Virus record (IMG/VR): IMGVR_UViG_3300030329_006605
Span: 30,013 to 94,012 of that record
From: a virus
Strand: one strand, 5' to 3'
Length of the DNA stretch: 64,000 bases
Below the pieces are notes generated by a model. That model was not told where the DNA came from. It did no database searches and saw only the letters and a program-made list of their open reading frames with translations. Below are positions 29,254 through 37,182 of the stretch, one piece after another. Every line of letters starts with the position of its first letter. Position 1 is the stretch's first letter. A program made the position numbers and the translations under genes.

Positions 29254-29583
29254 ATTATACTATAATATAGCACACAAAAGGGGTTTTGTCAAGGGCTGGG
29301 AGGCATTTTTTTGAAAAAAGTTTTGGCACGAAACCGGCTGCCGATTTTGCGCCGAAGTCAAGAAAAAAACATTAATTTAACTTTATTTATAGAATATAAT
29401 TGTTCCCAGCCGATTCTTATTTGCATTATTACATTTCTTATTTGCGTATTTGGACATAACCTGTCAAAGTTCACCTCGCAATATATTCTCTTACTATTAT
29501 TTACACTTTTATTATTCCTATCCAAAATAAATCAATAACAAATTACAATTTAATTGCTACACTTATTTTATTATATTTGAATT

Positions 29584-29615
29584 AAAAAAAATTGCCCCCC
29601 GTTTCCGAGAGGCAA
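29584..29615 (-). terminator. Intrinsic terminator after the RuvB-like gene
   Basis: UUGCCUCUCG-GAAA-CGGGGGGCAA followed by a U-run. Confidence 0.8.
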
Positions 29616-29640
29616 CTTTCTACAACAACTAACACTTCAC

Positions 29641-30579
29641 CTATTTATCTAAATCCTTTAGGTACTCCAATCCTTTGGACGTAATGGAACGCCCCGTGGT
29701 TGTAATCTCCATCAAGTTGTGCTTCTGCAAATACAACTCGAAGTCCTGACGTAAGCATTGCGGAGTGAGTCCAGTTTTCGCAGAGAGGTTCGTCAAGCTG
29801 CACTCCTTCTTTTCAGTAAGGATGTTCAAGACTTGAACTTCAATACGACTTAAACCCAATGGCAATATACCGAGAGCGTGTCTTAACTCCCGCCACATAT
29901 CCTTGGTCATTTCACTAGACCCACTCCGAGTGATGAACGAACTGATGTTGTTTGCCATCTTCTGTGCTTGCCGAGCATTCCCTCGCAATACAGTAGCAAT
30001 CTCATCTTTTAGCCCATCTTCAAAATCAATATCGGGAAGGTTCCGCTGAATAATCTCGCCCAACTCATTGAAGGAATACTCCTCAAGGTCAATACGGTCA
30101 CAACGGTCAATCAACGCATGAAACAGTTTGTGCGCCTCTGTGGTGGCGAACATGAACGTCTGTCTCCGAAAATCTAAATCAATAGTATAATCTTCATAAG
30201 AGAAAGAGGTGCGATTCTCTTTGTTCGGGTTAAGCATCGTAAGCAACGCCATAGAAACATCCTTGGGAAGCTCGCTCGCCTCATCAAACAAGACGGTACA
30301 CTCACGCTCATTAACGTGAGGAATCATTACTTGATTAACAAATTGTCCCACCGACTTCAAGGTGCTGCAATTCAACTCAAGGAAGGGTTTGGGGGAACCA
30401 TCATAAGTAAGGTTCTTGCCCGTAGCTTTCGCCATCATCGTTTTGCCGCATCCCTTGGGTGCGATAAACATCAAATGGGGCATGATGCTAGAAGCATTGT
30501 AGTTATCTAAATGCCATGCGAGTTTTCGCTTGGCGATGGGTTGCCCAACAATATCGGGCCAGTATTCTGTATTAGTCAT
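29641..30579 (-). CDS. RuvB-like AAA+ ATPase
   Basis: DIVGQ, PKGCGKT, LFDEA, ATTE, RGNARQA; C-terminal winged helix GLS...ELYL...GRSIT..G. Confidence 0.85.
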   Translation of the reverse strand: MTNTEYWPDIVGQPIAKRKLAWHLDNYNASSIMPHLMFIAPKGCGKTMMAKATGKNLTYDGSPKPFLELNCSTLKSVGQFVNQVMIPHVNERECTVLFDEASELPKDVSMALLTMLNPNKENRTSFSYEDYTIDLDFRRQTFMFATTEAHKLFHALIDRCDRIDLEEYSFNELGEIIQRNLPDIDFEDGLKDEIATVLRGNARQAQKMANNISSFITRSGSSEMTKDMWRELRHALGILPLGLSRIEVQVLNILTEKKECSLTNLSAKTGLTPQCLRQDFELYLQKHNLMEITTTGRSITSKGLEYLKDLDK

Positions 30580-30605
30580 AGGTTAGTTGTGTAGTGTTGT
30601 AGGGT

Positions 30606-31275
30606 TTACCAATCTTCTTTAGTTAATTCAACTGGTTGCATAGAAGTCTGATTCTTGGTCGTGGATGTGAAAGCGTCTGCCTCCAAATCTAATGCCTCTG
30701 CGAACCGACGACTGACTACAACAGTTGCGTCCTCTTTTAGAACACGGTTAAGCTCCCGAAGATTGATTTTAACGAAGCTACCCGCGCCTTTTGTTTTACC
30801 TCTTGCCATACTCTAATAGTAGCAGGTTTTTTAATAAAGTCAAGCCAATAAATTGAATTAATTATTCTTTTTATTCAGCCCTAATTCGTCGGATACAAGG
30901 TGGTGAACTCGTTCAGCCAACTTCTTGCCAACGGCGCAATGAGGGTTTGAGAGGACGGCAATCCTTTGATTGTAATTAAGTTTGCCATGTTCTTCCCACC
31001 ATACTACTTTGTGGAGGGGCCAGTATTTTGAAGGTACATTAACCATAATAATAATATTTATATTTTTAGTTTTTGCCTGAAAGGATGTGAGATTCTTCCC
31101 ACTCCCAACTCTCTGCAAGTTTGATAGCTTCCTTTGTTACATCGTCGGCAATGCGTTTATCGCTCCGGTTCTCGTAAGGGAAATTATTAATAATAATATC
31201 CTTTTTAAATTGCGGGAGTTTATTGACAACTTGATTCCATGCCTTCTCGTATAGTCTTGCCATGTTCTTGCTCAT
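30606..31275 (-). CDS. Small hypothetical proteins (30606-30809, about 30858-31046, 31066-31275)
   Basis: Two have leaderless starts behind 16-bp-spacer promoters. Confidence 0.5.
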
Positions 31276-31319
31276 CTATATATATATTACAGCAATTTTC
31301 TGTTTAGTCAAGTCTCTTT

Positions 31320-31870
31320 TTTTGAAATAATCACATTTTGAAACTCCAATATTTATTAAAATTTATTCATGTTGATTATTATATTCATTATGCTCAATTA
31401 TATTGTTATATTCATCATTATTACCCCAAAGTTCGGCCCACTATATTTCGACCAAATATAAAAAAAATTGCAATTAATATTTATAATTATTATATCTATT
31501 TACTGCTACTATATTTCGGCCTATTACAAAAAAATTTGCAGGTTTGAGGGGTGGCTTATTTCGCCGGAATATAAAAAAATATACAATTTAATAATATTTA
31601 TTCGCGGCTGTATTTGTATTGGATTGTGATTTACTTGACATTAAAAAAATAATTGATATACTATTATTAGGCTAAATATATCTTCTAGCTTCTACTAGCC
31701 TACCAAATAAAAAAATAATATATCAGAAATAATATATTAATAAGGAATTTTTTGCTTGACTTTTGTATAAATAAATGTTACGCACTACCCACTATCCCAC
31801 ACTTCGCAACACCTTACTCCACTAAAACAGTCCATAATCAATAAATAATTAATAATATTCAACCTTTTAT
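31320..31870. other. AT-rich non-coding region with degenerate repeats; candidate replication origin
   Basis: Three ~35-bp repeats (31441, 31509, 31555); plus-strand promoter TTGACA-16-TATACT at 31635-31662 with no ORF downstream. Confidence 0.4.
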
Positions 31871-33241
31871 CTACCTACTGATGTTATCATATACCATGTA
31901 ATCTTGCCAATAAACAAAACCATAATTATAGTTAATAACTCCATGTCCACACCTACTTCCTATGTAAGAAAGAACCAATTCATATATTGAAAAGAACTCT
32001 TTCTGGTTTACTTGTAGGTTGTTTTTGTAGTGCCTCATAATATTGATAAGTTTTTAAATTAATTCTTTATAGAATTTTTGTCTCGTAATTAAATTCGTAT
32101 TGCTCCTCTGCTTGAGTTTGCACAATCTCGAAATGCAATGACTTGCCTCGCGCCTCATATGCTCTACGGACTGCCGCCTCACTAGCGTATTTACCCGCCG
32201 TAAGCTCCCAACGCTCATGCCCATCTCCATACCTCAATTTCATCCAGTACCGATTTTTCATATTGTTTCAATATAAATTCCTGTCGCTAATACCACCAAC
32301 ACGGAGGCGATAAATGTAATAATAATAAACATACAATCTCTCATTTTATAGACTCCCTATCATTTTTCGCACTTCTTTTTTAAAGGTGCGAACCTTCTTG
32401 GCTTGTTTTTCAAGGCCGTGTTTCTTATACTGTTGAGCCTTACGCTCAAGAGTCTCTTGAAGGCCATTAGACAAAGCGTTGTCTAGGTACTCTTTAATTG
32501 CTTGCTTGTCTGCCATAATATTTTATCTTTCCATCTGCCATTCTCGCTGGCGAAATTCTGTCATATACTGTCCCGCTTCAAACGAACCCTCAAATGGGCC
32601 TATATGTTTGCCATCGTCTAGTTCAACGTACCATCTTTCGCACACTCTCGGCATGAGGCGTTTGGCCTCCCAATTAGGGTCAAAGTATTCTCTTTTGTTA
32701 ATTAATTTCATTTTAAATTCTCTATGCCTTCTACCCGTGTTCCGTCCCAATACCAACTGCCTTCGTACTCCTCTTGAATCTTGCGCGATTTGTTCATGCG
32801 TAGGTAAGAAAAGTCTCCAGATACCCCTTTAAAGCACCCAAAATCCTCTATGGGAAGCGTTGCTGTCTTGGGCTTGCCGTTCTCCATAAATTCAGAATCA
32901 AGCACTATACGGGCGTGTGTGGCGTGTTTCGGTGGCTTGGGAACTTCTACGGCCCAATCCGCTCTACCTACGATTGTTGTTGGTTTTGACTTAAATGGCA
33001 TCTTTTTTACTTTCTTTTTCTTGGTGCGCTTTATATTCGGGCCAATACTTTACCCGCATCATTTCAAAAAATCGTTCATCATTACACCCAGCATAGACTC
33101 TTTTCCTTCTCTCACTTGCGTTTTCCATTCCTTTGGGCGGTTTGCGCTCATTGTATTCTCGTTTCACTGAATTAAATTAATTAATTATTCAGCAAGAGAG
33201 ATGGGGCTACCGTGACTAGAGCGGCAACCCCATTCTCCTAC

Positions 33242-34054
33242 CTACTTATCCTGCTGTGCTGCATTGTATCCCGCTGCATAGCCGTCATTCCAATCGTCGG
33301 ACACTTCCTCATCCCAATCGACGTAATCATCGTCATAGGATTGCAGGGGTGGCGCGTCGATTGTCTCATAAACACCAACAACCTTATATTTAGAGGTGCG
33401 GAGTTTCTGACATTCGCAGTCGTGCGGCACACTTACAACGTCACTGGGGTCGATTTCAACAACCATTAAGTGACCTCCTCCGCTGGCGTACCCCTTTGCG
33501 TATTCGTAAGAACCCGCATGAAAACCAGCAGAACAACCGATGTTTGCATCATCACAAACAGTGTTGCGTGTCATTTTCAAGGTTTGACCAACAGAGTTAT
33601 CGAATTTACCACTATACTTGTCGGTAAAGTCGTGATTTACCCCTTTGTATGCCAGAAAGTTACCGTCTGGCGTGAGTGGCATATTTTTATGCTCCAAGAA
33701 CGCATATAGCTCGTTTGTTGCGCGAGCAGATGGGTTATCCATCAGCTTACCAAGAAACTTTACTAACGGTTGATATGGGAGATTTTCCCGCATAAAGTAA
33801 AGAAGCCTATCGACTACATGATTATGGATTTCTTCCCCATCATAGAGAACCTGTCCATCCACGACCTCGATAAGTCCATCACTGTATGCAGGAACCGCTT
33901 TGGCAACGTCAAACAAATCCTCAAGCAAGTCGAAATCTTCGGCTTGGAGGGCGAGTTTAGCACGTTCCCATGAAGGATGCGATTTTTGCATCGTTTGCGC
34001 TTTACCGTCAATTACAACGGTTAGCGAGTTGTCAGTTAGGATATGTGGTATCAT
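33242..34054 (-). CDS. rIIB: rIIB-like protein
   Basis: DGNFLAYKGV, FDNSVG..M.R..V.DD...CSAGFHAGS, DVVSVP.D....KLR; downstream of rIIA. Confidence 0.85.
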   Translation of the reverse strand: MIPHILTDNSLTVVIDGKAQTMQKSHPSWERAKLALQAEDFDLLEDLFDVAKAVPAYSDGLIEVVDGQVLYDGEEIHNHVVDRLLYFMRENLPYQPLVKFLGKLMDNPSARATNELYAFLEHKNMPLTPDGNFLAYKGVNHDFTDKYSGKFDNSVGQTLKMTRNTVCDDANIGCSAGFHAGSYEYAKGYASGGGHLMVVEIDPSDVVSVPHDCECQKLRTSKYKVVGVYETIDAPPLQSYDDDYVDWDEEVSDDWNDGYAAGYNAAQQDK

Positions 34055-34250
34055 AATTTTTCTTTCTCTTAACTCTACTTACAGTATATCAGCTTTTTTA
34101 GTTTAGTCAAGCTGTTTTTTAAGTTTTTGTTTCTTTTTTTCGGCTTTAAGGTCTGCTAGGATTTGTCCTACCATGTGCATCATGCCGCCATCGTAATCAT
34201 CCATGATTATAGTATTCTTTTGGATGACTTCATACTTTTTTATCAATTTA

Positions 34251-34715
34251 TCAATCATAGCTTCCGTATCCATTATCGTCAATTAGTTTCTGTATAAGAT
34301 TTAATTTAATTTGTAAAGTGTTGTGTACGGTCATTTGTGATTCGCGGGTAGCCTTTATGTTATCCATATAAAATTTAAAAACTTCCTCAAAAGTCGCGTT
34401 CTCGGTGAGGTCATCGCTCCACCAAACTTCATAGTTTGGTCGTTTCATTCCCTCGCTGGATATTAATCCTTTGAGAGTCGGCCCAAATTTCTCCATTCTA
34501 TCTAGCTCTTGCATGAATTTAGTTGATAGATTTAAATATGAATTGCCTTTGTCTATAATATTCTTACCTAGTTCTTCATTCAATTCTTCTTTATGACTAT
34601 CAAGTTCGTCAAACATCTCCATTAGTTCTTCTTCTACTTCAAGACATCTGTTTGAATAGAAGTCATGGCTTGCCATGTTCATTTTGAATTGTTCTTTTTT
34701 TTCTTCTTCGTTCAT
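34251..34715 (-). CDS. Hypothetical helical protein
   Basis: 154-aa ORF between rIIA and rIIB. Confidence 0.55.
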   Translation of the reverse strand: MNEEEKKEQFKMNMASHDFYSNRCLEVEEELMEMFDELDSHKEELNEELGKNIIDKGNSYLNLSTKFMQELDRMEKFGPTLKGLISSEGMKRPNYEVWWSDDLTENATFEEVFKFYMDNIKATRESQMTVHNTLQIKLNLIQKLIDDNGYGSYD

Positions 34716-34749
34716 AACTTAATTAATTTAAATAAATATTCACTGTTTG

Positions 34750-34792
34750 AGAAAGGGTGACGCAAGACAACCTATCAAATCTTGCGCCACCC
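34750..34792 (-). terminator. Terminator-like hairpin after rIIA
   Basis: GGGUGGCGCAAGA-UUUGAUAGGUUG-UCUUGCGUCACCC-UUUCU. Confidence 0.65.
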
Positions 34793-34816
34793 ATCGTGAC
34801 GGCAACCTACACCCGC

Positions 34817-37120
34817 CTACGATTTTGATTTCTCACAAATGTCAATCACATTGACATAATTCTCAAGGCGTAACCTATCTTCTTTGGTCTGGTCGTGCCT
34901 CCACTTATTCGTATCAACGATGTAAAACATATCGTACTTATCAAAAACCTGTATAAGCTCGCCTAACAGGTCGTGCGATGGTTTAACGCCCTTCGGAGAA
35001 GAAAATTCCACGCCGAATGTTGACGCAACCTCTTGGATTGCCTTTATCTTTTTGTGGGTCTGGTTATCCTGCTTCATGGCGTTATACTTCTCAACAAATG
35101 AGCCTAGCGTTCCCATAGGGACTATGAGGTTCAGTTTGTTGAAGGTATGGAAAACCCCTTCGTCAGTGTAAACATCATCTTTGGCGCGGTTGTAGCGATA
35201 CCCTTGATTATGTCGATGAAGTTCGTCAACTTTCTGAATATCAATCCACGCTTGGTGAAGATGCTCGTCCTCGATAATTTGCTTGAGTTGATTCTTTACC
35301 CAAGTAAACAAGTCAGTCCAACCGTCTTTACCCTCAATCTTTTGACGCTCCTTAACTTTGAAGGCGTAAATGTTTTTCGGAAACTTTAAGCCGATTTCCT
35401 CAAATGCGGTTTTCCAAGATGTAAGCGTAGCTGGGTCGTGATGTTGTTCGTACCCGTTCGTATTATTCGGTTGTTCAATGTGGAATTTATCAATGATTAC
35501 ATAAACGCCAGATTCGTTATCAACATCAACATCTGCAATCTTCCACCAATTAGCTTTCTTGCGCTCCCAGCGAGAGCAGTCATTATCAAAATCAAATTCA
35601 AAGCACTTCGCTGAATGTTTCTCATCCTTTGAACCGTATGAACCTGTTCCTCCTCCTGTGGAGTAACCAAACTCTGACAACTTATGCTGTGGTAGAGATG
35701 ATAGTTTAACTATGTCTCCATCAAACTTACTTTCTTTGAGCCAATTAGCTTTCGCCTTTTTCGCAGTAACCATTTTTGATGTATCACTGTCGAGGTACGA
35801 CTCAAACTGAATTAAGTATGGGGTTTTGCCTTGGGTTATGATTAATGGCAACATCTTGCCCATGACTCCACGGCGATGACCAACATCATTTTCGATGACA
35901 ATGGTTCCCGAATCACATTCGATTCTGCTATTCTCATCTGGTTTATACTTGCTGCTCCTGTAAGACTTCTTAAAGGAGCGCAAGTCAACGCCTTGTGAAT
36001 TGTATGTAGTAAAGGCAGACGAATCTACAACTTCACCGTTATACTTCAAAAGGCTTTTAATTACATCTTTGAGACGGTACAAAGGAGAATCTGTCCTAAA
36101 TGTCGCTCCGTACAAGCATCTTGCTTCAAACAAAGTTTTGCAGCCCTTGAACCGTTCGCCAATCTGCTCCGCAAGCTCGTTTTGCGCTTGTTTCAATCTC
36201 TTTATGAGATTCTTTCGGGTGTATTCAGTGTATTGGAGTTTTTCGCGTGAAGCGGAAATTTCCAATTCCCCCAATGGAACGTGCAGAATCAAATTCTCAC
36301 AAAGCAAACGCTTTAGTTCATAATCATCATCAGCTAGATTTAGCGCGTATTCATCAATCGGGTATCCGATGTTTCCCATGATTGCGATTGCGTCACCACG
36401 ACTGTATCTGTCGTTGTTAACGTCAAGCCAAGACCAATCATCTGTGCTGAATAGCGCGTCCTTGTTGTCATTTTCAATAATAGCCTTCCATTCATGGTTG
36501 CTTTGCAACCCATGAACAATCGGCTTTGGTTTGAAATATTTAAATAAATTTATAGCTTTGGTTTTGAACTCATCGAAATCCCCGTCTTTAACAGGTATAA
36601 CGATTTCCACACCATCAGCTTCATCGGTTTTCTCAACAGACAGTTTAGAGATTTGCCCAATTTGAGATGGGTCGATGTATGCGTTATATGAATGTTTCTC
36701 TCCGTTCAAATAAGAATTAATTACAAAGTTATCACCGTAGGCAAAAGCACTCTTGCTTCCCAAACCTAATTGACCAATTTGGTCGTTAGTGTTCCGTTTC
36801 GTTGACTCACCATAAAAAGCGTAAACCTCTTGGATTTCTTCGGGTGACAATGCCAAACCATAATCCCGCACTTTAAATACTGGATTCATTCGGTTGGGTA
36901 ATGTGACTACGATAGGCTCATCTGGTTTTCCTGCTTCCACATGAGCATCATAAGCATTACAGGAGTATTCACGGATAACCGCAAGAGTTTTATCCGAGTA
37001 AAGTTGATTCCGTAGTACGTTAAATATGTGGGCTAATCCACTTTGCTTTATTCCAAACTTAACAGAGTCTTGAACACCGTGAGTTTGAACCGTAGTATTG
37101 TCGATAGGTCGTTGTTTCAT
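34817..37120 (-). CDS. rIIA: rIIA-like protein (GHKL ATPase N-terminus)
   Basis: LYSDK..AVIREYSCNAYDAH, VRDYG, STKR, GQLGLGSKS. Confidence 0.85.
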   Translation of the reverse strand: MKQRPIDNTTVQTHGVQDSVKFGIKQSGLAHIFNVLRNQLYSDKTLAVIREYSCNAYDAHVEAGKPDEPIVVTLPNRMNPVFKVRDYGLALSPEEIQEVYAFYGESTKRNTNDQIGQLGLGSKSAFAYGDNFVINSYLNGEKHSYNAYIDPSQIGQISKLSVEKTDEADGVEIVIPVKDGDFDEFKTKAINLFKYFKPKPIVHGLQSNHEWKAIIENDNKDALFSTDDWSWLDVNNDRYSRGDAIAIMGNIGYPIDEYALNLADDDYELKRLLCENLILHVPLGELEISASREKLQYTEYTRKNLIKRLKQAQNELAEQIGERFKGCKTLFEARCLYGATFRTDSPLYRLKDVIKSLLKYNGEVVDSSAFTTYNSQGVDLRSFKKSYRSSKYKPDENSRIECDSGTIVIENDVGHRRGVMGKMLPLIITQGKTPYLIQFESYLDSDTSKMVTAKKAKANWLKESKFDGDIVKLSSLPQHKLSEFGYSTGGGTGSYGSKDEKHSAKCFEFDFDNDCSRWERKKANWWKIADVDVDNESGVYVIIDKFHIEQPNNTNGYEQHHDPATLTSWKTAFEEIGLKFPKNIYAFKVKERQKIEGKDGWTDLFTWVKNQLKQIIEDEHLHQAWIDIQKVDELHRHNQGYRYNRAKDDVYTDEGVFHTFNKLNLIVPMGTLGSFVEKYNAMKQDNQTHKKIKAIQEVASTFGVEFSSPKGVKPSHDLLGELIQVFDKYDMFYIVDTNKWRHDQTKEDRLRLENYVNVIDICEKSKS

Positions 37121-37182
37121 ACTCTTAATATAACAGGTTTTTTAGAAAAGTCAAGAGGGTTTTTTAACTTTTTTCACTTTTT

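Larger units (their letters stand above)
19784..29292 (-). promoter_or_regulatory. Array of 13 near-identical sigma70 early promoters TTGACA-N17-TATATT with extended TG, plus variants
   Basis: -10 to -35 spans: 19784-19812, 20066-20094, 20965-20993, 21246-21274, 21761-21789, 22620-22648, 23047-23075, 23444-23472, 24211-24239, 24558-24586, 25668-25696, 25998-26026, 27942-27970, 29264-29292 (14 listed; 20066 has TGG rather than TGC/TGT before the -10). Variants at 23885-23912 and 27633-27661. Confidence 0.9.
19861..29355. repeat. Dispersed 33-bp dyad TTGGCAYG-N6-GCWGC-N6-CRTGCCAA (two convergent sigma54-like GG-N10-GC boxes) plus half-sites
   Basis: Dyads: 22022-22053, 22682-22714, 23099-23130, 23504-23536, 24272-24303, 26058-26089, 27994-28026, 29323-29355. 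Half-sites: 19861-19879, 20118-20136, 21027-21045, 21309-21327, 21327-21343, 24620-24638. Confidence 0.85.
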
